From an uncultured virus (IMG/VR IMGVR_UViG_3300019378_000034) (lineage: Duplodnaviria > Heunggongvirae > Uroviricota > Caudoviricetes), in the IMG/VR virus record IMGVR_UViG_3300019378_000034: a DNA stretch of 64,000 bases; one strand, 5' to 3'. Both the position numbers and the translations under genes were made by a program. The notes beneath the pieces were generated by a model. The model saw only the letters and a list, made by a program, of their open reading frames with translations, did not search any database and had not been told where the DNA came from. This document shows positions 27,469 to 41,375 of this stretch, in pieces (the stretch's first letter is position 1; every line of letters starts with the position of its first letter).

Positions 27469-30400
27469 ATGGCTGACAAAAAGATAAACTTGGAGTTTTA
27501 GGCTAAGGTTTCAACTGATGTTGGCAATGTAAAAACAATTATAGCTAATCTAAAAAATGAATTAGGAAAACTTTAGATTCCTGCTGGCGCGACTAAGGGA
27601 TTTGAGCATAGTTTAAATAATTTAAACAGAGAAGTGCAAGAATTTGAAGCTTTATTGGCTGGCGGAGTTAGTTCTTTAAATGATACTCGCAAATTAGAAA
27701 CTTCTTGGAAAAGAGTTACTACTATTTTAGATACCATTGGTGTTTAGATTAAGGATTTAGGACTGGCAGGCGATAAAATTTTCCCCAAGTCTGTAACCAC
27801 TAATATTGAAAAAGCCAATAAAGCTATGACTGCATATCAGCAAAAAGTGGCTGCTATTAGAGAAACTCAAGAGTTCAAAGATAAGTAGGCAGGTCAAAGC
27901 GAAGCAGTAACCAAGCGTAATTAGGCTCAAGCTAATTTAGCCAGAGAAGAAAAAAGACTAAGAGATTTGTAGGTAGAATATGATTCAAAGAAGGCGGCCT
28001 GGGATAAAAACCGTGCAACGGAATATGCTGCATAGCAAAGTGAGATTGCTGAATTAACTACCAAAATAAATTAGTAGACTGCTGCGCTTGAATAGCAAAA
28101 AGAAGTTCAAAAGCAACTTGCTCAGCAAGGAGTTGTGACCCAAAAGGGCGAAATAACTGATAGACATTCTAAAGCATTTCCAAAAGTAGACGCTGAAATT
28201 GCTAGACTTAAGGAAGCAAAAAGAGTCGCAGATGAAGCTAAAAAGGCGGCTGAAGCTGAAGAAGAAGCAGCTAAAAAGGCTTAGTCTGTAGCACGCGGAA
28301 AAGTCACTAAAGCAAAGAATAAGCATGGCGAAAACAGTAAGGAAGTAAAAGAGGCCGGTGCTGCAAAAGTAGAAGCTGAAAATCGTTATGCTGAAGCTCA
28401 CAAAAAGACCCTTGAAGCTATTACTTAGGTAGAGCAGGCAGAAAAGGACCTATAGACTGCTCAACAAACAAAAGCTGATTTATAGAAAAAGTCTTAGGAA
28501 GCCGAAAATAGCAAATCTTAGGTAGACGCTATTACCAAATAGAAAGAAGCCTTAGAAAAGCAAAGAGATGCTTTATAGACTAGCACCCAAGAGCATGAGA
28601 GATACAAGGCAAGTTTGGATAGAACTGAAAGTGCGCTAGAAGATTAGAAAACTAAGGTTGAAACTTATCGAACAGCGCTTAGTACTGCTACCACAGAAGT
28701 GCAGCGTTTTGACGCCGAATTAGAACAATTAGAATTAGATGGCTCCAAAACAGAATGGGAAGAGATAGTCCGAGTAGTAAAGGAATTTACTGGCGTTGAC
28801 CTATCTGGATTCCAAGGAGATATGTCTAAAGTAACTTCCATACTTGAGCAATATAAGATGGGAGAGATTTAGAAATCTCCTGAAACTATGAAGAGACTTG
28901 CGGCGGAACTGCAAAAAGTTATTGCTCCTGCTTAGGGTACTAAGCAAGCGATAAATGGGCTTTCTGAAGAATTTAAAGAGCTTAATCGCGCAGAATAGGA
29001 CATGGAGAGATTGAAGAACTAGGTTCTTGATTTCTTCTCTTTAAGTAATGCCATTCAGATTTTCAAAAATGCCATTCGTGATGCTTTTGAAACTGTTAAA
29101 GAACTTGATGCAGCTATGACTGAAACTGCGGTAGTTACCGATTTCTCTGTTGGAGATATGTGGGATAAACTACCAGAGTATTCTGAATAGGCTACTTAGT
29201 TGGGTACTTCTATTAAGAGTTTATATGAAGCAACCACACTTTACTATCAGCAGGGCTTGAAAACCGAAGCAGCTATGGGCGTTGGTATTGAAACCATGAA
29301 GATGGCGCGAATTGCCAATATGGATGCTGCGGCAGCAACTGAGGCTATGACTGCAGCATTGCGTGGTTTCAACATGGAAATCAATGAAACTAGTGCAACT
29401 CGTATTAACGATGTTTATTCTGAGCTGGCAGCTATTACTGCTTCTGACACAGAGCAAATTGCAACTGCTATGTCCAAGACTGCTTCCATTGCAGCATCTG
29501 CTAACATGGAATTTGAGACTACTGCGGCTTTACTAGCACAAATTATTGAAACCACTCAGGAAGCACCAGAAACTGCTGGTACTGCAATGAAGACTATTAT
29601 TGCTCGTTTTACTGAGGTTAAGCAATTATTTAGTGAAGGTATGCTAACTGGTGAAGACGGTGAAGGCGAAGAGATTAATATCAATAAGATTGATGCTGCT
29701 TTAAAGACTGTTGGTATTTCTCTAAAAGACTTCTTAAATGGCACTAAAGGTATTGATGATATTTTCTTAGAACTAGCTTCTAAATGGAATAGTCTTGACC
29801 TAGCAACTTAGCGTTATATTGCTACTACTGCGGCTGGTTCTCGTCAACAGTCCCGTTTTATTGCTATGATGAGTAATTATGACCGTACCATGGAACTTGT
29901 TGAGGCTGCTAATAATAGCGCTGGAGCAAGTTCTGAGCAATTTGGTAAAACACTAGAAAGTTTAGACGCCAAGTTACAGAAATTACAAAATGCTTGGGAT
30001 ACATTTACTATGGGTTTGGCTAATAACCAAGCTATTAAAATTGCGGTTGATATGCTAACTGGCTTATTAAATATTGTTAATGACCTAACTGGCGCTTTGG
30101 GCAATGGCATTAGTGCGATATTAAAATTAGGCGCTGCTTTCGGCGCAATGAAGCTAGGTAAATCCTTCCTAGGTGCCTTGACCATTGGTTTAAATCCTAA
30201 AAATGATACTTCTACTCTACAAGCTTTGGGTATGGAGTATACGAATTTAGGAAAAGCAGCAACAGAAACTTGGGAAAAGATGAAGGCTAATAAGATAGGT
30301 AATTGGACTTCTGGTATTAGCGCCATGATTGGTCTTGTTGCAAAATTAACGGCGGAAGTTGGTAAACAAGCTGGATGGAATAAGCAATGGACTAATAGCC

Positions 30401-33400
30401 TAGAAACTGTTGCTACTGCCGCATCTACAGCAGCAGTTGCAATTCAATTCCTAAATATGGTAGGCTTGTCTAATCCATATTTTGCTATCGCGACGGCAAT
30501 ACTAGCTCTTGGTTATGCCATTTATAAAATAACTAGTGATATTAGCCATGCAAAATCTATTGAAGGTTAGATTGAAGCAGCAGAAGAACAAACTAGAGCT
30601 GCTGAATCTGCGGCTAATGATGCGCGAGAAGCCTATATGAATTTATTCAATATGGGCAATAGCTATACAGATACTCAGGAGAGATTGGCTGAATTAACTG
30701 AGGGTACTGAAGAATATACAAGAGCTTTAATAGACGCCAATAATCAAGTTTTAGCTATGATAGAAGCATATCCCGGCTTGTAGAAATATTTGAGAATGAC
30801 TAATGGTGTGCTTTCTTTCGATGAGAGGGGCTACCAACAATACCTGGCTGACTTGGAGTCTGGAACTGTAAAAACACAAACAGCTACAATTGCAGCTAGA
30901 GCCAGTGAGGCTCAATTAAGATATAAAGAGAAATAGCAAGAAATTAGCATTGATTTTACTAATTGGATTAGTAATGAAAGCAACCATTCAGTCGAAGATT
31001 TAGATAAGATATTTGAGTTTTTTAGCTATGGAGCTATAGGTTTGGATTATGGCTCTTCTATTTTGGCGCTTCGTCTTTAGGAAGCTGGCAACTTAGAGGG
31101 AGGTCTGGCCGCCTATGCAAATCAATTTAACATTCCAGAAGAAACTTTACAATAGTTTAGCAGCTTTATTACTGAAAAATGGACTCAATCTGCAGAAGGA
31201 TAGAGCTATTTTAGCAGATTGGAAGAATCACGATACAATGTAGATTCTTTGAATAATTAGATGGCTCGAGATATCGTTGATAACAGCATTATTTCAGACG
31301 AAGGAACTGAAAGTGTTATTGCAAAAATAATAGCAGATAAAATTGCTGTTGGCGATGAAGTTTAGTCCGAAGTCGACCTTATTAAAGATAAAAACTTAGA
31401 ACAATTACAAGAAATGTATAAAGAAGTCTTTGGTATTGATTTTAGCTTAGTTGCTGATTCTTATATGACCGATGGAGAAGTTGATAGAGAAAAAGTAATA
31501 AATGCTATAGCGACAGAGCGTGCGCGGTCTACTTACGCTAATCAGGCTAAAGACTTAGAAGCTGGAATAGAATAGTATTTCAAAGCTAATCCAGACAATT
31601 CTGATACTTTTAAAGCTTTGCTAGCTGGCGAAACCAATGATGGAAATATCATTGATAAAATTCTACAGATGGGCGGAGATTCTGGAAAGCTTTCTGTAGA
31701 AAAAATCTTGGGTGAATTTGATATAGATGCTTTAGCTGAGATTTTAGATACGGATGCTGAAAATATAAAAACTTAGCTTACTGTATCCTTAAATAAATTT
31801 GCTAAAATGAGAGTTTAGCTAGTTCAAGATGTGGCTGGCAAACTTGCTGAAGGCGGATTGTAGAGAGACGCTGCTTTGCAATATGCGAATAAGCTTACCT
31901 TTGAAAATGCTACTTACTTAAACGAAGTTGCTTCAGCTTTGTAGCAAGGTTTAGGTGAAGGTGGATTAACCGCACTTAATACTATGTTGCAAGAGGGATT
32001 AAGCGAACATTTCTTTGCTAATCAAAAAGAAATTTCTGAAGTAATAAATAGCATCAATTTTAACAATCCTATTCAAGCAGTTGGATAGCTAACGAGAGCA
32101 TTTGAAAATGGTTCTGATACCATGAAAACTTTCGTTAATAACATTCTAGCTATTAATCAAAGTACCTTAGGTCTTAGCGCACAATTTAAATATTTACTAA
32201 CTACTGCTGAATTTGGTGAAATCAAAGATGACATTGCTGATATGGTTAAAGAAACCGGCCGTGTCGATGCCAAGGGTATTACCGAGTTGGCTGAAGAATG
32301 TGATTATTTAAATGATATTATGGAACAAACTGGTATAACTGCTGAAGGCATGGCCAAAGCTCTAACTATGTTAGAAGATGGCACTTTAGAGGTTAATCAA
32401 TTAACAGACGCAGTTTTGGCTAGTTTTAAGGCTTTTGATGGTCTTGAATCTATAATTTCTAGTGTTCATTCAAAGTTTGAAGATTTTGACACCACTGATC
32501 GGCAAGGCGAAATTCAAGATTTCGTAAATAGTGCGGCAGAATAGGTTAAAGAAAGCGTTGAGATGGGCGCTTGGGGTAATGAGTTAACTTTTGACTATTT
32601 AGCTGAGCTATTTGGTACCGACTTTGTTGACGCTGCAGCAGATGATTTACGTGGTGCTATTGAAAAATATAATGCCGTTCTTTAGGAATTAGGAACTGGC
32701 AGTATGTCTGCTGTTTTTGAACGATTAGCAAGAGGCAAAGACGTTTTAGGTAATACTATTAAGGGTGCTACTGGCAGTTTGCAAGAAGGATATACTTACA
32801 CAGATGAAAATGGTAAATCTTTCTCTATGCAGGAAACTGAAGGTATGTTAACTTTAGATGGTTATCAAAACTTCTCTTCTTCTGTTGAATTCGTTGACTT
32901 TTTAGCCAATACCGCTGGAATGAGTGAAGCAGGTGCAAAAGCTGCTCTTGCATGGTGGAGCAATTATTCTACTGATATGAGAGAATATTTTGCTAAAGCT
33001 GACGAGCAAATAGCAAGAACAGAATTTATTGAAGCTTTAGGCGGTGTAGTTGACCAAAGTGAAATTGATGCTTATGCTAGTATTTGGAATTTAACAACTG
33101 AATAGGTAGAAGCATTAAATGCAGAACTGGCTGAGGCATAGATTAGAGTTACCGATTTTTATGAAGAAAGTGGAAAGTTAAAAAAGACTGAAGATATTAT
33201 GAGTTCTGTCGCCGAAGCCATGGCCGAGGATGGCCGCTACGGTGGCTTGGAAAGAGTAGTAGGTGCCGCTTATAAAAAGGTTGACGGAATAACTCAAATT
33301 GGAGAAAATATTTAGCTTCTCAATTTAGATAGTTTGTTTAACTATTTGAGAGAATATAAAGTGCCAGAAGGTGCTTGGGATGGAATCATTGAATAGTTAG

Positions 33401-35991
33401 CAGAAGGCGCTGATTAGGTTACTCAAACAATTTAGGGACATCCTATTACAGTAGATATTACTCCAGATATGTCTGTAGCAGATATCAATGCTGAATTACA
33501 GAACGAGCTACAAAGATAGTTATGGAGAGAATAGGCAGAAATTCAGGCTTAGGTTTATGGTGAATTGGAAGTCGCGCCAACATTAGACGAAACTGCTTAT
33601 AATTCAGTTCAATCTTCAATTGATAAATTAACTACAACTCGCTATGCGAAAGTTGTTGTTAATGAAGTATGGGGAAGTCGTGTTGATAGAACAAGTACAA
33701 CAACCACTACAGTTACTGTCCCAGCAGGAAATAGTGGATATAGTTCTACCGCTTAGAAATATTTATCAGATAGAGGATATATTTCTGTGGCATCTGGTAC
33801 TAAAAGTGCGAAAGGCGGAATTTCTCTGCTGAGTGAAGAAGGAGTAGAAATTGTTTGGAACAAAGAAAAAGGCTATTCTTATATTACCGGTCAGAATGGG
33901 CCCGAATTCTAGCGTCTGAATCCTGGCGATCAAGTTTTCAACGCCAAAGACACAAAAAAGATTCTCAAAAATGGAATTAATCCAACTTATGCTAGTCATG
34001 CTTCTGGAACCTTCCAAAGCAATGCAACTTCAGTACCAGTTGGTGCGGGTAAAAACCCAATTTCAGGCGGCTCAGGTGGTAACGCATCTGAGAAGGAAGA
34101 AGACAAGTGGGAAAATCCGTTCGACAAACTCTATAATCTAGTCCGCAAAATCGACGAAGAGCTTCGTCAGCGCGAGCGCATCGAACGCCGCTACGAAAAG
34201 CTTCTCGAAGACATTGGTGTAAGCGCCAACAAAATCGTAGCAGTTACGGCAGAAGAACTGGTCCAGCTAGAGCGCGAGCGTATGCTGCAAGAGCAACTTA
34301 TCTCTGGTCGTAGATATCAAATCCAGCAATTCCAAAATGAAAACCCAGACCTGACAGGCTACGCCAACGTCGTTCAAAATGAACGTGGCGAAGACGTCCT
34401 GCGTATCAACTGGGACCTGATTAATGGTATAACAGACCCAGATCAAGGTCAGCGTATCGAAGACTATGTAAGTCAGCTTGAGGAATGGTTTGATGATTTG
34501 CAAGAAGCCGAGGACGCTCTGTGGGACATTGAAGATGCCGTAGATGAAATCAAAGAGCGCGGCAAAGACTAGTACTTCGAGTTGGAAGACATGATAAAGG
34601 ATGCTTTAACATAGAGTTATCAAGAGTAGATTGATACATTGACTGAAATCAACAACTCCATTAATGACACAAATGCCTCTCTGTTAGATGCAATTCAAAA
34701 ATCTGTTGACAAGCAGCGCCAAGACCGTGAGAATGAGCGCACTGAAGATGAGCTTGCTGAAAAGCAACGTCGTTTGATGTATCTACAACAAGACACATCC
34801 GGCGCGAATGCAATGGAAATTTTGAGATTGCAAGATGAAATTGCACAAGGTCAAGAAGACTACACTGATACTTTGATTGACCAAAAGATTTCTGAACTAC
34901 AAGACCAAAATGATGCGGCCGCAGAACAACGCGACAAGCAAATCACTCTGGCACAGGCTCAGCTAGACCATTATATTGAAACTGGTAGAATCTGGCAAGA
35001 AGTTCAGGCTCTGATGGATGAAGGACTTGACAAGGACAACGGCTTAATTCGTGGCACTCGTCTGGAAACTATTTTGAAAAATGCCGCCAATTTCAAAGGA
35101 TTGTCTGACTTAGCAAAGGTCGAATGGATTAATGATACTAATCAGTTAATTGCTGAAGCTTTGGCATATTTGGATATTGGCGAGAAGCTGGATGAAATCA
35201 TCGGAAAGATAGATGCTCCTACAGTTGAGGGTCCTGCTTCTGGTGGTACTATGGGTCCTCCTAGTAGTGGCGGTTCTGGTGGTTCTGGTGGTTCTGGAAG
35301 CTCAGGTGGAGGCGGAGGTTCTGGTGGCTCAGGCGGAAGCGGAACGATTACTGTTACTTATGGTAATGGTAATAAAGTTACCTATGATAAAAATGCGCCC
35401 AATCTTGATAGTATTATCGCTTATTGGGAGAGTCAATGGGGAGAATCTGATTACAATGGAGGAACTCCCACACCACCTTCTAACAATGGAAATTCTAATG
35501 GAACAGGTAGTTCCAATACTGGGAATAACGGAGACACTCAGACTGAAAAGAAGCCTAAGTAGGTAGTTGTTACTTATGGTAACGGCAAAGTAGTTACTTA
35601 TAATTATCCAGAACCCACTAGTACGGTTGCATATTGGGAAGGTTAGTGGGGTAAGGTTAAAAATAGAGTTTATAAATACAAACAAGGTGGCTTAGCCGAT
35701 TTCACAGGTCCTGCATGGCTTGACGGCACCAAAGCTCGTCCTGAGCTAGTTCTAAATGCCCGCGACACTCAAAACTTTATCCAGTTGAAAGACATTCTAG
35801 CTTCCTTAATGAACGGTTCTATCAACAACACCTCTACTGAAAATAATGGAGATATCATCTATGATATTGACATTAATGTAGAAAGTATTAACAGTGATTA
35901 CGATGTGGAGCAAGTAGCTAATAAGGTCAAATCCTTGATTAACGAAGATGCTCATTACCGTAATAATAACACTGTAAGTTTAAAGAGATAA
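27469..35991 (+). CDS. tape measure protein (TAG=Gln, about 2840 aa)
   Basis: Eight track ORFs (29200 to 35785) are in frame with ATG 27469; TP901-type TMP core (ELDAAMTETAVVT...AGTAMKTIIARF); the gaps were not checked codon by codon. Confidence 0.85.
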
Positions 35992-36004
35992 AAGGAGGAT
36001 TAGA

Positions 36005-36928
36005 ATGAGCGATTTGAATATTTATGGAGTTGGAGATTCTCAATATAGCTCTGACTACATTGGATTCACCTTTAATGGAGTTCATTCTGACACCCTAGGC
36101 ATTAAACGTACAAGTGAAGGAAGTAGGTTCAATGAGAACCTACTTCCCACTATTTAGGACAAGACAGTTCAAGTGCCTGGTGGAGATGGAATGTATTTGT
36201 TTGGAAGTTATTATACGCAAAGATAGTTTAATATTTCTTATGCGTTTGACGCTTTGGAAGAAGATGACCTTGCTAAAATCAAGGAACTCTTTGGCGATAA
36301 AAAGATACATGAATTGATTTTTGATGAAGCGCCTTATAAGGTATATCAGGCTAAAGTAACTGGTGCTGCTTCGATTAAACATATCCCATTTGGGGAGGGA
36401 GAACATAATCGAATTTACAAGGGAGAAGGTAATATTCAGTTTACTGCTTATGACCCCTATGCGCGCAGTGTTCATAAGTATTTGGATTAGTATGTCAATT
36501 CTAATAAAGAAGAATGGAAATTGGCCGCTGATTTGTTGCCTACTTAGGGCAATTATGATAAAATCACTAATAATAGAGAAATCAGATTATACAACCCTGG
36601 TGTGAAAGAAACTGATTTTATTATTACTTTTAATTTTGCAAATGGTGTGATTCCTAATGGTGGCATTATTCTTGATGCTGACCATCAGCTTCATTTTAAT
36701 CGTATGGAAAGTCAAGATGGTGACGACCAAATCAGAATCAATACTAAATTGAATTTGATTGAAGGTTATAAAAACGGAAAGAAGAGCGGAAAAATTTATA
36801 ATCGCTATATTAAGAGCGGTTTCTTCTTTAAGATTCCTGTAACAAAAACAGCTATATTAACCATTGACAACACAAGTACTTTGCCCAGTTGTTTTGCTGG
36901 TATTGATTATGATTACATTTACTTTTAA
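36005..36928 (+). CDS. distal tail protein (Dit)-like (TAG=Gln)
   Basis: FTFNGVHS...VPGGDG...LIFDEAPYKVY...FTAYDPY; follows the TMP. Confidence 0.75.
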
Positions 36929-36939
36929 GGAGGTATTTA

Positions 36940-39900
36940 ATGGGAATTATTAAAAAACCATATGAAATATCTCTTTGGGAAGATATACTTACTTTTAAGT
37001 ATGAAGATGGCACTGAAACAGAAGGTGTGATTGAAAACGGACACGGTCCTGTGGTTCACCAATACTACAAGGAAAGAAAAATTTGTATTATTGGCTCAGA
37101 TATTATGGATACACCCATTCGTGCGACATCGCCGAAGTTAGTTTCAAAAGTTAATGGTGAAAACATATTAACATTTAATATGTATTCTCATTATTACGAT
37201 ACAGACGCTAATGAGTATTTCGTCAATCCTTTCATTGGTTTAATAGTCAATGAAAGAAAGATAAAATTACGTTATGGAGCACTTGGCGCCGAAAGTACAA
37301 AATGGTATGATTTTGTAATCAAGAATATTCAAGAGAATTCTGATACCAAAACTTATTCTTATACTGCTAAGGATTTATTCGTAAATGAGCTTTCTAAGTC
37401 TGGTTTCAACCTAGAGTTTGCCGCAGAGTTAGAAAATAACATGGGCAATATAAATACTTTGGCTGAACGTGTTCTTGATGAAAGTGACTGGAAGCTACGC
37501 GATTCTGGCGAAATTTTAAAATAGACTATTGAAGAACCCTTATATCAAATTCAGTTATCAAAAGACGTAACCTTAACAAACATGGAAGATTCAAGCGATA
37601 CGCTCACACTAGCTGCCAACAAGTTTGTTTATGCGTTCTATAATAACATAGTGAATGAACAACCATATGTTCAGTTCCTATATGCTGAAGAATATGAAGT
37701 GGATGACGACCATATTATTACTAACAGCCCGAATTGGTTCTTAGATGGCGTAACTTATAGTAGTGATGGCAAACCAGATTTCGCTGCTTCTATGGCTATT
37801 TCTGATATTTACCGCGGCCGGCGCCTTGTACGAAAAGTCAGAACTAAATTTGACGCTACTATTAACAAATATATTAATGTATATAAAGAGTCAATTGGCA
37901 ATGGCCAATATAGAGAAATCTATGGTTATACCGAGAGTGATTATACTTCACCTGGTATTATTTAGTCTTATGTAACCAATCCAAATAACTATGATAGTTA
38001 CACTGGATGGGAGACTGGTTGCTCCAGCGAAGGAAACTTCCCTGAGCTAAACCTTGTTTCTGTGCCAGATATTAGAGATGTAAATCCTGATACTGTTTTA
38101 GATGGCACAGCCTCTTTTGAATCTTGCTTGAAATTTGAGGTTATTGATACCGAGCAATTGTTGTTTAACTCTGGTGTTGTTGATATGCGACATCATATTG
38201 ACGGTTTTGTTAAAGATGAAAAATATATATTTAGAGTTAAATACGGACGGGCCGGAGTAGCAGGAGAACATGGCGCGAAAACATTACTTGGTAGTGATAT
38301 AAGTTTAATATTAAAAGTTAGTGAATATACACTTGAAAATGGTAAATATACTTTAACTGGTACTCCTTATTTTGAATGTGAGTTAGGTACTTCTAACACC
38401 AGCTCAGTGCCCGACTATCTTGTTTCTAATCCTATTGCTTGCACTTAGGCTTTATCATATAAAGAAATGATAGAGATGAGTCATTCATTAGGTATGTTTA
38501 TTCAGCTGAAGACTCCTGGTACTATTTACATTTAGGATGTCCAATTCTTCCCTTATGTTGACAATAATGGTGAGGTTTTATTACCTGACGAAATTTAGCA
38601 AGGTAAAGTTCGTACTCTTTATTATTATTATGTTCCCAGTGATGAATACAAGAGTATTGATGATGTTAAGCCTATTTATAAGGGAGAAACTCCTTCTCCC
38701 GCATATGAGGAAGCCTATAATGAAAATAGCTATGAAAAAATTCGTAGTATTACAGCTTCTGAATCAAATAGATTTAATTTACTGCAAGAGCTTTGTGAAA
38801 TTTTTGAATGCTGGGTAAAATTTGAGATAGACCATGACCCACAGACAGGCATGATTCTAATGGACGAAGAATATCGTCAAAGAAAGTGGGTTAGTTTTCA
38901 TGAATATATTGGAAACGAAAATTACTCTGGCTTTAAATATGGTGTTAATTTAAAGAACATTTAGCGTACAATTGATTCTGAAGCAATAGTTTCTAAATTG
39001 ATTGTAAAGAATAATTCTAACGAATTTGCAGAAGATGGTTTCTGTTCAATCGCACGAGCTGATGAAAGTCCTAATGGTGAAAACTTTATTTTAGACTTTA
39101 GTTATTATATTCAACATGGTATGTTGGGTATGAGTGAAGTTACTAATGATTTATATTTAGGACCTAACATTAGCAGTGGATGGCTTGGTTATTACAAAGA
39201 ATTAAAACGCATCAATGATTTGCGTGATAAATATATCAAAGAGCAGAGCGGTTTGCTTGTTGATATAACTGAATATTAGGCTTCTTACCAGACTTATCAT
39301 TTATCTTCTTAGGAAGCGGCCAAGCAGTAGGGCGATAAGTTAAATTATCTCGAATCTTTAACTGGCTATACCTTTACTTAGTTAATTAGTGCAGATAGTG
39401 ATACAACTATTGATTCTAATGAAAGAGAAAAAAGAAAAGAATGGCTAGAGAACGACCAAGTTTTGGCCACCTTAGCATCTATTGCTCGTTTAGATACGGT
39501 ATATAAAAATCATAGTGATTTGGCATTTAAAGCAAAAACTAATTTAGATAATGCTCAAGCGAGATATGATGAAATAAATCGTATTTTAGCAAGCAGAAAA
39601 GAAGAAGATGCCGAAATTAGCTTGTTGATTCAAAAAGAAGTATTGCATCGCGCCTTCTATAAAAAATATTCTCGTTTCTTACAAGAAGGCTCTTGGATTT
39701 CAGAAGATTATATTGATGACAATCTTTACTTCTTAGACGCGCAAAGCACTTTAGCAACTTCTTCTAAACCTAAGATTACTTACAATATTTCTGTTTTGGA
39801 ATTAAGCCAATTAGAAGGTTATGAAAATTATACCTTTGCGCTGGGCGACAAAACAACAATTGAAGATACCGAGTTCTTTGGTTGGGTTTGGATTGATGGA

Positions 39901-41367
39901 GTTTAGACTCCCTATCGAGAGGAAATCGTTGTTACTGAGCTAACTATTATGTTAGATTAGCCAGAACAAAATCAAATTAAAGTTTAGAACTATAAAACTC
40001 AATTTGAAGATTTGTTCCAGCGTATGGCGGCGACTACTCAATCTGTTGAATACAGCACTGGCAAGTATATGAAAGTTGCTGGTATTGTTCAGCAAGACGG
40101 TACTATTAATATTACCACTTTATAGAACTCTATTGCTAATAATGCTTTAACTCTGCAAAACGCTAAAGACCAATCTGTAGTTTGGGACGAAACTGGTATT
40201 ACTACAACCAGCATGAAGAATCCTGCAGAAATTTTGAGAATTGTTAGTGGCGGTGTATTCTTGTCTGTTGATGGTGGTGTTACTTGGAATACTGGTATTA
40301 CTGGTAGAGGTATTAACGCAAGTTATATTACTAGCGGTCAAATGAATGTTGAAGAAGTCAATATTCTAAATGGCTCATTTCCTTCTTTTAGATGGGATAA
40401 GACGGGTATCAGTGCTTATGAGTTTACTATAAATGAATAGACTGGTGCGGCGTAGAATTTTAACTTCAGTAAATTTGTTCGTTTAGATCAATATGGATTG
40501 TACGGTATAAATGGATATACCGACTTTAATTCTACTGTTAAAGATCCTGAAACTGGTAAGATAGGTGAAGATAGAATTTGGGATAGAGCTAATTTTGCCT
40601 TAACTTGGCGTGGTTTCCAAATTCGTTCTAAAAAGTTTGGTTTAGATGGCTATATAAGGATTACTGAGGAAGATGACATTTAGTTAATAAACAAAGTAGT
40701 CTTGAATGGTAAAACTATTGAAATAGACCAAGTTAAAATTGGTTTGTTGGATAAAAAGGGTGATGAAGCCATCTATGGTTTGCGTCTAAAAGACCATTTA
40801 AATCAAGTTGTACTAGAATAGTCATCTCAAGGTAAGGTGTGGATTCGAGATGAACTAAAAATTGGTACTGCCGACACATCTACTGTAAGTCTGGGTTATT
40901 TAAAGAAATATCGCAATGATGAAACTGCCATAAAGGATGAAGAAGGTAATATTATTGGCGGTGTTAGCTAGGTAATTCGCGCTGGAGACTCTGGAACAAA
41001 ACAAGAATTTATTGTTTATGAGGATGGTCGTTTGGAAGCCACTGGTGGATATTTTAAAGGCGAAATTCATGCTGATTCTGGCACCATTGGTGGAGTTAGT
41101 ATTCAAACTATTCTTGGTGCAGAATACGAGGTTCTAATTGAGGTTACTAAAGGAACCGTATTTAAAGATGAAACTGAAGTAAAAACTTTAACTGCACGAT
41201 TATATAAAAATAGAGAAGAAATTTCTTCTTCAGAAATAACTGGCTATAAATGGTATTTAGACGGTTAGTTGCTATCGGCGACAACTCAATCAATAGATGT
41301 AGTCGCTTCAGATTTTGATGGAAATGCAGAATATATCTGCGAAATTGAGTATGGTTCAGATGAGTGA
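36940..41367 (+). CDS. tail tip/baseplate hub (Tal-like) protein (TAG=Gln, about 1475 aa)
   Basis: Eight same-frame fragments; YGVNLKNI*RTIDS, LGD and GINASYITSG motifs; follows Dit. Confidence 0.7.
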
Positions 41368-41375
41368 GGTGGATA

